Source of the DNA: an uncultured virus (IMG/VR IMGVR_UViG_3300017971_000213)
Taxonomy: Duplodnaviria; Heunggongvirae; Uroviricota; Caudoviricetes
Virus record (IMG/VR): IMGVR_UViG_3300017971_000213
Location: 109,007 to 129,006 of that record
DNA length: 20,000 bases
Reading direction: 5' to 3' (one strand)
Positions 1 through 8,208 of this stretch are shown in pieces. The notes beneath the pieces were generated by a model, which was given only the letters and a program-made list of their open reading frames with translations, had not been told where the DNA came from and made no database searches. The stretch's first letter is position 1. Each line of letters starts with the position of its first letter. Both the position numbers and the translations under genes were made by a program.

Positions 1-336
1 GTTGACGACATACCCTCCAGGACCCTCCTGGAACATGTACTTCGACTCCACCTTGGCCTTGACCTGAACGAACTCCAGCTTCGACATCGAACTCCGTAGC
101 TTGTTGTAGGACTTCCCCAGAGCGCCTATCGCCTTGTGCTGCCGCTCGATGGTCTGCCGTTGGCCGGAGAGCTGCTCCTCGAAGAATTCGCACGCTCGCT
201 GGAGACGATCAACCCGGCGACGAAGAGCGCAGTTCTCGTTTCGCAGCTCTTCTTCCCTACGGCGTTGATGCTCGCATGCGCAAGGATCGTCTGGGTAGCT
301 CGTGCTGCTGCACTTTGAACACTCGTGATCACTCAC
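1..336 (-). CDS. Hypothetical phage protein (N-terminal Cys cluster, coiled coil), partial; runs off the left edge
   Basis: Not in the ORF track. GTG at 336 overlaps the upstream TGA (GTGA). The frame is open to base 1: MSDHECSKCSSTSYPDDPCACEHQRRREEELRNENCALRRRVDRLQ...PGGYVVN. Confidence 0.7.
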   Translation of the reverse strand, partial: MSDHECSKCSSTSYPDDPCACEHQRRREEELRNENCALRRRVDRLQRACEFFEEQLSGQRQTIERQHKAIGALGKSYNKLRSSMSKLEFVQVKAKVESKYMFQEGPGGYVVN

Positions 337-632
337 CGTCCACCCCCCTCCATCGCGAATACGTGCCAGACAAGACGACCCTTGGCCATCTGGAAAGAGC
401 CGTAGTGGCCCCCCACGTTTTCCTTCAGAGGGTGTCCGGTTCCGCACAAGCGAAATCGTCGACGCTCCATCGGGGCCTCAGTGTCGACACGCGCCCACAT
501 GCAAGCCTGCTCGGCAGACGCTAGCGAATACACCGGCTGGGACTCGACGACGAGGATTTCGGCACCCTCGGGCATCTCCAGCTCAACGATGTCGGAGATC
601 TGGAACGGGAACTTCCCCACAGTCTGCATCAC
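333..632 (-). CDS. Conserved phage hypothetical protein (DUF7352-like)
   Basis: Pattern EMPEGAEIL...MWARVD...RRFRLCGTGHP...GSFQM..GRLVWHVF is recalled from a widespread small phage family. Coupled to its neighbours. Confidence 0.65.
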   Translation of the reverse strand: MMQTVGKFPFQISDIVELEMPEGAEILVVESQPVYSLASAEQACMWARVDTEAPMERRRFRLCGTGHPLKENVGGHYGSFQMAKGRLVWHVFAMEGGGR

Positions 633-946
633 TGGCCCTCCTTTTCCTCTTCCGAGCGCTCCTCCAGGAGCTGATTGAGACGCTTCGTGTAGCGCAGAGC
701 CTCGTCTGTATCGAACGCCTCAATCACACTCAGCAGTTCTGACTCCCTCCACAGATCCTTCACCCACTGCATCATGAAATTTCGCCCTTCGGGGCGCATC
801 ATCATCGCATCGAAGCTCTTTGTAGGCGTAGGAGGATGATGTTGGAGCCAGCAGAGCTGACACGCAATGAGCCCCTCTCTGGCCGTTACACCACTCCCCT
901 TCGTGTCGCGCCCACAGTACGGGCAAGGTTGTTTCTTTTTCGTCAT
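629..946 (-). CDS. Hypothetical protein with N-terminal CxxC...CxxC zinc ribbon
   Basis: Start revised to ATG 946 (GGAGGAGG SD, TGA-G-ATG junction). CPYC and CQLC motifs. Confidence 0.6.
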   Translation of the reverse strand: MTKKKQPCPYCGRDTKGSGVTAREGLIACQLCWLQHHPPTPTKSFDAMMMRPEGRNFMMQWVKDLWRESELLSVIEAFDTDEALRYTKRLNQLLEERSEEEKEGQ

Positions 947-947
947 C

Positions 948-1334
948 TCAAGCCTCCTCCCCGTACTGCCCTTCTTGATCTGGAGCATCGACACCCTCTC
1001 CCAAGTTCAGCCGGGCCAACTCTTTCCCCGTCTCGCAAATGAATTTCTTCATCCTTTTCTGAATGGTCTCGGCGGCTTCAATCGATTTTTCAAGAAGTTC
1101 TTTTCTAGTGCGGAACCAGGGGCCGATGTCATCACCGGTCTCTTCGACCAAAACGTGCGCCTCCAGCTTTTCTCGACACTTCCATAGTACTAGCCAAGGA
1201 TGGCCTGGCATCGTTGAATACATAGCGCCCTGGTTGTCGTGCCTCAGGTACTCGAACTGTGCATCCATAAGATCGAGACTCTGAGTGTCCAAGACAAAAA
1301 TCTTTTCCGGAGCCCATTCTGGTCTTTCACCCAC
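948..1334 (-). CDS. Hypothetical phage protein
   Basis: Fills the minus-strand tiling. Probable GTG start at 1334, just after the upstream stop; start uncertain. Confidence 0.55.
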   Translation of the reverse strand: MGERPEWAPEKIFVLDTQSLDLMDAQFEYLRHDNQGAMYSTMPGHPWLVLWKCREKLEAHVLVEETGDDIGPWFRTRKELLEKSIEAAETIQKRMKKFICETGKELARLNLGEGVDAPDQEGQYGEEA

Positions 1335-1338
1335 GGCG

Positions 1339-1536
1339 CTACACCCAACCCTTCTTCTCGGCCCACCATTCAGTAACCATGAGAACCCCATCGTCTCCCT
1401 TCCGCCACACGTCGCTGTCTTCGGTTATCTGGCTCTGTGGTATCCATTCAGGCTCGTCGAAGTCTGGAGCCTCCACCAAAATGGCCGTCTCCGTCTCCGC
1501 CGTACACTCTGCGTCTTCTATCCTGAAATCAGTCAT
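1339..1536 (-). CDS. Small conserved acidic phage protein
   Basis: ETETAILV...WIPQSQI...VTEWWAEKKG pattern is common in phage small proteins. ATG 1536 with GAGG SD. Confidence 0.65.
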   Translation of the reverse strand: MTDFRIEDAECTAETETAILVEAPDFDEPEWIPQSQITEDSDVWRKGDDGVLMVTEWWAEKKGWV

Positions 1537-2311
1537 CGTACTCTTCCTCAAGCGCCATTATCAAGCGCTGCATGTCGGCCTTGTAGAAGCCCGCACAGTT
1601 GATACATCCGCACTCAACGATCTTCCAGCCGGTCTCGGTGAGTGCAACATCCATCACGAACGACCGGGCTAGGCAGAACCGGTTGATCATCTTCTCGCAG
1701 AACCACGACGCCTCAGGAGGAACATCGATACTGAAGAACGGGCGGCCCCCGAGCTTGTAGCAGCTCTGCGCGGCGATTTTGGCCCCTACGACCCAGAAAC
1801 GGTACTCCTGCCGTACCCGCTTCACCGGGGCCACCTGGATAGGCGTCTCGTCCCTCAAGGACGTAACCAGCCCTCCGCCCTTAACACCCTGCTGGTGATC
1901 GTAGCGGAACTTCATCCAGGAGGTCATATTGAAGACCCCTCCGTTGAACTCCTTGCCGTCACCACACGGACGAATGAAGTAGTTACCTATCGGCCAGGGA
2001 AAGTCCTCACCGAACAGGTAGACGTTGGAATCGAAATTGAGGAGGTAGTGTTGGTAATGGTTCCGGTACACTAGAAAGTTGTGGTTCGGGGACAGCACCA
2101 CCCCCGGCACCCAACCAAGTTTCGACGCCAGCCGGGCCAGCTTCAACGACCCGAACACGAAAACGTCCTTACGGTCGGTCTGGAACTCGAACTCCTCGAC
2201 GAACGGCAAGACCCTTACAACCTCCCAATCGAGTCCGAGCCTCTCTAAGGTATCGGTGAGAGAGTCATAGCCTTCCTCGCGAAAGACGTTTTCTTGGATG
2301 ACGTAGTACAT
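1529..2311 (-). CDS. ATP-grasp domain protein (R2K clade / DUF4343-like)
   Basis: Motifs FIRP...K.F.G.V, EYRFWVVG.KI...S.Y and FVMDVA....GWKIVE..CIN.AGFY; 260 aa. Confidence 0.85.
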   Translation of the reverse strand: MYYVIQENVFREEGYDSLTDTLERLGLDWEVVRVLPFVEEFEFQTDRKDVFVFGSLKLARLASKLGWVPGVVLSPNHNFLVYRNHYQHYLLNFDSNVYLFGEDFPWPIGNYFIRPCGDGKEFNGGVFNMTSWMKFRYDHQQGVKGGGLVTSLRDETPIQVAPVKRVRQEYRFWVVGAKIAAQSCYKLGGRPFFSIDVPPEASWFCEKMINRFCLARSFVMDVALTETGWKIVECGCINCAGFYKADMQRLIMALEEEYDD

Positions 2312-2333
2312 CAGTTCACGGTCCAGTCACCAT

Positions 2334-2513
2334 TCACCCCTTCGTGTTGCTTGTGAAACTCCAGATCAGAGCAACCAACCAACCGATTACGCTCCACCCG
2401 AAGAAGAGGTTGACCAGCAGGATAGGGCCTCCGTTGTTGTGCTTGCGTGCCGCCGCCACAACCGTCGGGAGGAAGTAAAGAAAAACGAAAAGAATGACCG
2501 TACCAGTACCCAT
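2334..2513 (-). CDS. imm: Superinfection immunity protein (T4 Imm / Imm_superinfect family)
   Basis: 59 aa, below the ORF-track cutoff. GGAGG SD then MGTGTVILFVFLYFLPTVVAAARKHNNGGPILLVNLFFGWSVIGWLVALIWSFTSNTKG, matching the family signature YFLP..A..RKH.N...I...N...GW..IGW..AL.W. Confidence 0.88.
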   Translation of the reverse strand: MGTGTVILFVFLYFLPTVVAAARKHNNGGPILLVNLFFGWSVIGWLVALIWSFTSNTKG

Positions 2514-2525
2514 ACCAAACCTCCC

Positions 2526-2720
2526 TTATCCAACCTTCACTGCCTGAATCTTCGCTACCGCCCACGGAGGGTGCTCCCGCGTCATCTCGTGGGTAACTCG
2601 GAAATAGACGTCCTTACGGTCGACCCCGAGCATCTCAGCCACTTCGCGCTCGGTGAGGACCAGCTCAGCCACGATCTGTTCTTTCTTGGGCTCTTTTGGG
2701 TAGTCGTACTTCGGCATCAA
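2526..2720 (-). CDS. Small protein, possible excisionase/AlpA-like HTH
   Basis: LTEREVAEMLGVDRKDVY resembles an HTH_17-type helix-turn-helix. The C-terminal part is atypical. Confidence 0.5.
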   Translation of the reverse strand: MMPKYDYPKEPKKEQIVAELVLTEREVAEMLGVDRKDVYFRVTHEMTREHPPWAVAKIQAVKVG

Positions 2721-2935
2721 AACACCTTGACCTCAGCGTAGCCCGTCCCGTTCTCGGACTTCACGTAGAGCTTCCCTTGCGTGCACAGCCACATCAGGTT
2801 GATCGACCGACGGACCACCTCGGCGTTGGAAGACATGTCGAGACTTTCTCGAATCTCGCGAACTCTCTCCATCTGTAGAGCAGAGAAGTCGAACTGCACC
2901 CGTGAGTAGCCTCCCTTTCGAGCCGGCTTAGGCAT
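2717..2935 (-). CDS. Ribbon-helix-helix (CopG/Arc-like) DNA-binding protein
   Basis: Start revised to ATG 2935 (GGAGG SD). RVQFDF strand, then ERVREIRESL and SSNAEVVRRSINL helices. Confidence 0.65.
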   Translation of the reverse strand: MPKPARKGGYSRVQFDFSALQMERVREIRESLDMSSNAEVVRRSINLMWLCTQGKLYVKSENGTGYAEVKVF

Positions 2936-3329
2936 CCTCGTCCTCCGTGATCGTCCGGTCGACGTGAGCAAGGTCGTCGGCCACCCGCTCAACCAGCTCT
3001 CGCGTGATGTCATCGTTGGACAGCTTGGTGTTCCCGTAAGCAAAGCTCCTGCGCTGCGCCTCACGCTCTTCGTCAGAGATCGTGCGTTCGAAGGGCTCAA
3101 CCGTGACGGGCACCTCCGTAGCAACGACATCTTCATCCGCCGAAGCAGGCATCGCGTGTTCACGGCCGATAGGGTAGATCTCGCCTGCGTCTAGACGACG
3201 GTCTAGTTCATCGTCATCGATGCTCAAAGCGTCTTTGAGCGCCTCCCTGACGGCCATCGCCATCCCACAGATACACGACCCCTTGTCGATGAAACCCCCG
3301 CATTCCGGACATCGCACGTACTCAGACAT
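2928..3329 (-). CDS. Hypothetical protein; N-terminal Cys knuckle, C-terminal EEREAQRRSFAYGN motif
   Basis: Start revised to ATG 3329. CPECG...CICG; the C-terminal motif is recalled from small bacterial/phage hypothetical proteins. Confidence 0.6.
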   Translation of the reverse strand: MSEYVRCPECGGFIDKGSCICGMAMAVREALKDALSIDDDELDRRLDAGEIYPIGREHAMPASADEDVVATEVPVTVEPFERTISDEEREAQRRSFAYGNTKLSNDDITRELVERVADDLAHVDRTITEDEDA

Positions 3330-3336
3330 CTGCGCC

Positions 3337-3630
3337 TCAACCCCCCTTGTACGGCGGCATTCCGTCAATGACGTACTCGCCGTCCGGGTTGTCCATCTCT
3401 TCGGAGCAGCAGTAACCGGGATCATCCGGGTCCCAGCCTTCTGCAAGCGTGGAGACGTCAATCGACGTATCCGGTGACTCTGAGGTCGTCTCGGGCTCCT
3501 CGATTTCGTCGAGAAGCTCGATCACACCAGCCGCCAGCAACATCGTACTCTCCAGGGGAACCGGCCCGTGGAGAGTCTCGCCCATGAGGCCCTCAGCCAG
3601 TTTCCTGAGATCCTTGCGGTTCGTCTTCAT
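3337..3630 (-). CDS. Hypothetical phage protein
   Basis: GGAGG SD, acidic C-terminus, fits tiling. Confidence 0.55.
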   Translation of the reverse strand: MKTNRKDLRKLAEGLMGETLHGPVPLESTMLLAAGVIELLDEIEEPETTSESPDTSIDVSTLAEGWDPDDPGYCCSEEMDNPDGEYVIDGMPPYKGG

Positions 3631-3997
3631 CGTCGTCCTCCCACCATTCCTCGATCATCCCACACACGCGCTCTCGGGCACGCGGAGTCAATTCCACCAG
3701 ACAGTCGAAGTCCACATCCGGGGCAGCACAGAAGTGCTCCGTCAGAAGCTCCCAGAGACCTCCGTAGACGTACCCTTCGCAGAAAAACACGTCACGGACA
3801 CTCAGGCAGTCCTTGCAGGTCTTGAAGGTGTGCGTGGACCCGTCCCAGACCCCGAAGACGTGTTCGTAGTCTTCACCGGCTCCGATAGTCCGCGAGCAGT
3901 CCGTGCACTTGTGCTCCTTCCGAGCCTTGCGTACCTTCGAGTCTGTGAAATCCGCAGGGTCGTAGTCCCCGACATAGACACAGGAGCATGCATCCAT
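3593..3997 (-). CDS. Conserved phage Cys-rich (zinc-binding) protein
   Basis: RKARKEHKC..C...I..GE.YE...G.WDG....FKTC..C pattern; GGAGG SD. Confidence 0.7.
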   Translation of the reverse strand: MDACSCVYVGDYDPADFTDSKVRKARKEHKCTDCSRTIGAGEDYEHVFGVWDGSTHTFKTCKDCLSVRDVFFCEGYVYGGLWELLTEHFCAAPDVDFDCLVELTPRARERVCGMIEEWWEDDDEDEPQGSQETG

Positions 3998-4201
3998 CTA
4001 CTCACCTCCTAGCTGAGTCTTGGTGAACTTGCCCATCATCACAGGGACTACCGTAACGGTCTCTCCCATACTGCTGAGCTGGCGAGCCTGGTGCTCGGCT
4101 TCCTTCAGGGTGTGGAAGCCTCCGGGGCAGCAAGAATCGATCTTGATGGTCCCCTCCGTAGAGATGCTGACCACCAATACGATGTACACCATACTGCTCA
4201 C
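3998..4201 (-). CDS. Hypothetical protein, first gene after a promoter
   Basis: Start revised to GTG 4201 after a GGAGG SD. The longer ORF-track start would overlap the promoter. Confidence 0.55.
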   Translation of the reverse strand: MSSMVYIVLVVSISTEGTIKIDSCCPGGFHTLKEAEHQARQLSSMGETVTVVPVMMGKFTKTQLGGE

Positions 4202-4237
4202 GCTCTCCTCCCGTACAACCCACTTACAAGCCTCGCC

Positions 4238-4266
4238 TATATAGCATAGGCGAGTGGACAAGTCAA
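4238..4266 (-). promoter_or_regulatory. Sigma70-like promoter (TTGACT-N17-TATATA, TG at extended -10 position)
   Basis: One of five similar intergenic elements. Overlaid by a 9-bp inverted repeat CTCGCCTAT/ATAGGCGAG (4232-4254). Confidence 0.7.
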
Positions 4267-4276
4267 CTATAAAGAG

Positions 4277-4570
4277 CTAGTCGCGATCCAAGATCTCGAC
4301 GATGCGGTCCGCAGGGACCTCCAAATGGTCTTTCTGGTAGCCCTCACAGAGCTTTCGAATCTGGTCGAGCTTCACCCTGATCCGGAACAACTCACCGGCC
4401 TGCACGCCATTGAACTGCTCGCGGGGGACGATGGCGTAACCGTCCAGGTGCGCCACCGCGACCTCGACCGGTTCCCGTGTCTCGGGATCGATCATCATGC
4501 AGCCCGTAAACAAGATCTCATCAGGCCTTCTTGCCGCGATGTGGCAGTTCACCACTCTAGACTTCCTCAC
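4277..4570 (-). CDS. Hypothetical phage protein
   Basis: GTGA overlap with upstream gene; fits tiling. Confidence 0.55.
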   Translation of the reverse strand: MRKSRVVNCHIAARRPDEILFTGCMMIDPETREPVEVAVAHLDGYAIVPREQFNGVQAGELFRIRVKLDQIRKLCEGYQKDHLEVPADRIVEILDRD

Positions 4571-5301
4571 GAGTTTCCCTCCTTGGCTGCTAGGAACCCT
4601 CGGGGGATAACGGGGTTCCGCATCTCGATCTCACCCACGCCTGCACACTTCGTGCACTTGTTATAGATCTTCCGGATGTCCTTCTTGGGGACTTCGACCG
4701 TACCGTGCCCGTCACAAGCGTTGCAGGTCTGCCCCACCTTGTCCGTGCCGGGGATGTACCTGGCCCGACGGAGAAAGTCGAAAGCAGACCGCGCGGAGTA
4801 CTGCTTCTTCTTCCTTGGGTAGAACCAACCGGTACCCTTGCAGAGATAGCACTCCCCGGAAACCTTACCCGTCTTGGGATGCTTGTACTTACCGTCACCG
4901 CCGCACTTGCGACACGGGTACCGTACGAGACCACCGCCTCCGCACTTCTCGCACGTGGCAGTCTCGTATCCGACGGTCTTCGTGAACTCCTGGTACCCCC
5001 GACCTTGGCAGGTCTCGCAGGTCCTGGCAGACGTCGTGAGAGGGTAGCCATGACCCAACTCCACCAGAGGTGTCCCATCGACGGTAGAAAGGGCCTTGTC
5101 GGTCCCGGAAGCCCCGGTAGCAGAGACATGCCCCTCTAGCGTAGAAAAGGCCGCCTGAAGCTCCTGAAAGGCCTCCCCTGAGCCTCCGGTGTCGGGATGG
5201 GCGAGCAGGGACTGCTTTCGGAAAGCCGACTTCAGCTCTGTGAAGGTGAACTTGGCGTCCACCGAGAAACCCAGCAATTCCCTGGCACGAAGCTCCTTCA
5301 C
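4567..5301 (-). CDS. DnaJ-like protein: J-domain plus six CxxCxGxG zinc-finger repeats
   Basis: J-domain ELKSAFRKQSLLAHPDTGG..EAFQELQAAF with HPD. Repeats CETCQGRG, CEKCGGGG, CRKCGGDG, CYLCKGTG, CNACDGHG, CTKCAGVG. No C-terminal substrate-binding domain. Confidence 0.85.
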   Translation of the reverse strand: MKELRARELLGFSVDAKFTFTELKSAFRKQSLLAHPDTGGSGEAFQELQAAFSTLEGHVSATGASGTDKALSTVDGTPLVELGHGYPLTTSARTCETCQGRGYQEFTKTVGYETATCEKCGGGGLVRYPCRKCGGDGKYKHPKTGKVSGECYLCKGTGWFYPRKKKQYSARSAFDFLRRARYIPGTDKVGQTCNACDGHGTVEVPKKDIRKIYNKCTKCAGVGEIEMRNPVIPRGFLAAKEGNS

Positions 5302-5543
5302 GGGGAGGTGCTCCCGTCTTTCAGGCCCGGACGGTCTTTCTCGGAGTCGACAATCGTGACGGGTGCGAGACCCAGCACGGTCCCTTTGGGGATCACCACA
5401 TCACCCACCGCCGTGCGAACTTCCACCGTGACCTCAGGATCGACGTACCGCTGGCGGGGGTAGTTGCGCTCGCACCATTGACCGAGAAAGAAAGCCCCGA
5501 TCAGCGCAGCGGGAAAGACCAGTAGGATGACCCAGAAGAGCAC
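5298..5543 (-). CDS. Small membrane-anchored protein
   Basis: N-terminal hydrophobic stretch LFWVILLVFPAALIGAFFLG. Probable GTG start at 5543. Confidence 0.55.
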   Translation of the reverse strand: MLFWVILLVFPAALIGAFFLGQWCERNYPRQRYVDPEVTVEVRTAVGDVVIPKGTVLGLAPVTIVDSEKDRPGLKDGSTSP

Positions 5544-5785
5544 TACTGGGCCTTCGACGACAGACGAAGCTGTACGCAATCAGCCGGTGTGGTCAACTCT
5601 ATCTCACGACTGATTTGCAAACCATGCTTGTCTACGGCCGCGACCCGGTCGACGATCTTGCCGTCAGGGCTCGTGAAGGTCTTCCCCACGTAGGGCGTGA
5701 ACAGCTCGACCATCTTTTCCGGGTACCTCGCGCACTCCCACAGCATCTCCCGGTAGACTTCCCACTCTGCCTTCTTCTTAGCCAT
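5543..5785 (-). CDS. Hypothetical phage protein
   Basis: Start revised to ATG 5785 (GGAGG SD, TAG-G-ATG junction). Confidence 0.55.
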   Translation of the reverse strand: MAKKKAEWEVYREMLWECARYPEKMVELFTPYVGKTFTSPDGKIVDRVAAVDKHGLQISREIELTTPADCVQLRLSSKAQ

Positions 5786-5786
5786 C

Positions 5787-5972
5787 CTACTCCTCCACGG
5801 GTTCGATCTGCACATTGAGCCCTTCGCCGCTCTCTTCGTCTTGCGCTGCGAAATTGATCAAATCTTCCCAGTTACCGAGGTCGGCTTCAGCCATCTCCTT
5901 CGGATCAGCTGTCCCATAGAACTTCGGGTTAGCCTCGTACTCATAGGTCACTGTCAGCCGCAGCTTCGTCAT
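5787..5972 (-). CDS. Small acidic hypothetical protein
   Basis: ATGA overlap; GGAGG SD. Confidence 0.6.
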   Translation of the reverse strand: MTKLRLTVTYEYEANPKFYGTADPKEMAEADLGNWEDLINFAAQDEESGEGLNVQIEPVEE

Positions 5973-6307
5973 CTTGGGGTTCCCTCCATTTCTAGGTACT
6001 CTTCAAGGATCTCTTCCGGATCAGTCTTGCTGTTCGGATTCTTACCCTCCGACCACCGCCACTGACCGATCTCGTCTGCCATCATCCGCGCGATTTTTTC
6101 CCACCTTTTGGCCTCCCCGCGAATATAGATCATCTTCCCCTCGACACGTTGAGACACGACGGCATGCGCGAACTGAGAGTCCTTGCGGTAACGGGAAACG
6201 TCCTTGATCGCCTGGGCCAGATCCGCCTCGGCTGCCTCGGCGCGCTTCCGGTACCCCGCAATGAGTTCTGATGCATCGAGCCTGAACTGGATATTTCCGT
6301 GGCCCAT
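5969..6307 (-). CDS. Hypothetical phage protein
   Basis: Start revised to ATG 6307 within a GGAGGACTGAGATG junction. Confidence 0.6.
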   Translation of the reverse strand: MGHGNIQFRLDASELIAGYRKRAEAAEADLAQAIKDVSRYRKDSQFAHAVVSQRVEGKMIYIRGEAKRWEKIARMMADEIGQWRWSEGKNPNSKTDPEEILEEYLEMEGTPR

Positions 6308-6308
6308 C

Positions 6309-6977
6309 TCAGTCCTCCGCTGACCACCACACGTACGCGGTCTCGTAGGTCGGGATGGGTACACCATGGAGATAGGACATGTACTCCAGCTTGACGTACT
6401 TCTCGTTATCTTGCCTGCGGCATCCGGAAAGGATATCCCCCATCACCATTAGCTCGTCTTCCAGATCCAGCATTATCTCATCGCACACAGACTGCTTCGA
6501 GTGGGTTACGTAGGCGTCGATGTCATCGTAGCATTCGTCGAGTTCCGACTCCAGAGACTCCTCCTCTTGACGACAACGTCTGAGTTTCTTCAAGCTCTCC
6601 TCATGTCCCTTAGAGAGGTCCTTGAGCTTCTTCTGTACACGGCTCAATCGATCCGCGATCAGACGTCGAGGTTCCCCACAGAACCCATGAGCCTCACACC
6701 ACAGCTCTTCGTCCGTGGCCGGAGGCAGCTTCATGTCCTTTTCCAGCTCAGCGACTCTGCACTCCACAGATACTTCCTCGCGAAGCTCCTCCTTGAAGTC
6801 TTCGGTCTTCCACTGCGAGTAACCGTAGATCACTCCACAGGTAGCGCCGCCAGCCAGCACCAGGACGATCAACGACGCTACAATATCACTGACGTCTCTT
6901 GCCCCGGCGTCATCGCGCTCCCTGTCATCCGTCCGGCTGACAACAGAACCACAATGCTGGCATTTCAGGCTACCCAT
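6309..6977 (-). CDS. Membrane-anchored coiled-coil protein
   Basis: TM segment IVASLIVLVLAGGATCGVIYG followed by a Cys-dotted E/K-rich coiled coil. Confidence 0.6.
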   Translation of the reverse strand: MGSLKCQHCGSVVSRTDDRERDDAGARDVSDIVASLIVLVLAGGATCGVIYGYSQWKTEDFKEELREEVSVECRVAELEKDMKLPPATDEELWCEAHGFCGEPRRLIADRLSRVQKKLKDLSKGHEESLKKLRRCRQEEESLESELDECYDDIDAYVTHSKQSVCDEIMLDLEDELMVMGDILSGCRRQDNEKYVKLEYMSYLHGVPIPTYETAYVWWSAED

Positions 6978-7737
6978 TCGGCCCACCCTTCATCGGTATC
7001 GGACCTTCCCCGTTGGCCCACTGACGTAGCTCCTCTACGGTGAACCAACCGCAGTTGTTCTCACGCTGCCGTCGAGGGTTCAGCCATGTCCGTACCACCC
7101 CGTCATCACCTCTGTGGAGCGTAGTGCCCATCGAGTACCAGTGGCATCCTGCGGTCTTCAGAACCTCTTCCAGGTCCCCCGCAGCGAGAACCCACGCGTC
7201 CCTGATCGCAATGCGCTCCAGATCGTCCCTCCTCCACTTGTCTAGAATCTTCTGGGAAACACGACTGGCGATGAGGATCATCAGCCCGCTACCCGCGAAG
7301 GGGTTCCGGGAACCAGATAGACAGACAAAAGCGTCCTTGTCCCGCAACGCATCGAAGATCTCATCGAGCCGACGAAGACCGACTGGATCACGGGCGAGAA
7401 GAGCAAGCGACTCCTCGTTCCACGCACACGCCAGGTCATTGTCGTAGAAGTTCAGCTCTCCGAAATGGACTTCTCGAACCTCTCTGTCCCACAACGGTCT
7501 CGTATACGCGAAACCCTTTCCTTGCGGGTTATCTATCTTGCGGAGACCCGCCTCGGGGGTCTTGGTCACCCGGATAGCGTCAGCGCCCACGACATCCGGG
7601 TCCGTCCCGACCCCAAAAGCCTCCTTGATGTGCTTGATACCTACCTCGTGCTCGGCGCAGTAATCGTAACCCAATGAGACGCCGACGAACGTACCGTTCT
7701 CGACGATAAAGGACATCTCCCTCGTTGTTGCGCGCAT
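6970..7737 (-). CDS. Hypothetical phage protein (255 aa), first gene after a promoter
   Basis: Long ORF with GGAGG SD; no family recognised. Confidence 0.7.
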   Translation of the reverse strand: MRATTREMSFIVENGTFVGVSLGYDYCAEHEVGIKHIKEAFGVGTDPDVVGADAIRVTKTPEAGLRKIDNPQGKGFAYTRPLWDREVREVHFGELNFYDNDLACAWNEESLALLARDPVGLRRLDEIFDALRDKDAFVCLSGSRNPFAGSGLMILIASRVSQKILDKWRRDDLERIAIRDAWVLAAGDLEEVLKTAGCHWYSMGTTLHRGDDGVVRTWLNPRRQRENNCGWFTVEELRQWANGEGPIPMKGGPNG

Positions 7738-7773
7738 TGTGCCCTCCGTAGCAAGTCCCGTACAACTCTCATA

Positions 7774-7802
7774 GCTATATCATAGGCTCACTAGCCTGTC
7801 AA
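7774..7802 (-). promoter_or_regulatory. Sigma70-like promoter (TTGACA-N17-TATAGC)
   Basis: Perfect -35, TG before the -10, intergenic position. Confidence 0.75.
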
Positions 7803-7824
7803 CCCTAAAGCACCCCGTGCCAAG

Positions 7825-8208
7825 CTATTTTCGGGGACGTACCCGTTTGAGGAGCACCTGCACGACAGTCGTACCGTCCTCCGCCGCGCAGTCCCACATC
7901 GCAGCCAGCTCCCATCCGCGAGCCCCCTCCCCGTTTAGGATGCACGGGAGATCGTTAGACTCCGTGAGAACCATCTGCATCCTCCGGTACTGGATCAATG
8001 GAGTCTCAGAGTCGTAGTAAGTCGTGCACAGCTCACAGAGCCGATGCAACTTACGACCGCCCGAGATCTGAATCGGCGTCAACCGATCTTTGATGTGCTC
8101 GTCACAGAAGCGCGCCCCGCAGTCGTCGCACATGTGTATACCGAAGGAATCTGTAGTAGCGTAACACCCTGGATGCGCGCACACCAGGGACGGCTTGTCC
8201 TTAGACAT
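7825..8208 (-). CDS. Zinc-finger protein with DUF4177-like C-terminus
   Basis: CAHPGC, CDDCGARFCDEH and CELC motifs; C-terminal LNGEGARGWEL...LLKR. Confidence 0.55.
   Translation of the reverse strand: MSKDKPSLVCAHPGCYATTDSFGIHMCDDCGARFCDEHIKDRLTPIQISGGRKLHRLCELCTTYYDSETPLIQYRRMQMVLTESNDLPCILNGEGARGWELAAMWDCAAEDGTTVVQVLLKRVRPRK

Noticed and set aside
126..332. 68-aa ORF from the track
   Set aside because: The alternative frame 336 to <1 is coupled to the upstream stop and is more protein-like.
2311..2565. 84-aa ORF from the track
   Set aside because: Wrong frame; the SD-led Imm-like ORF 2334-2513 explains the region.
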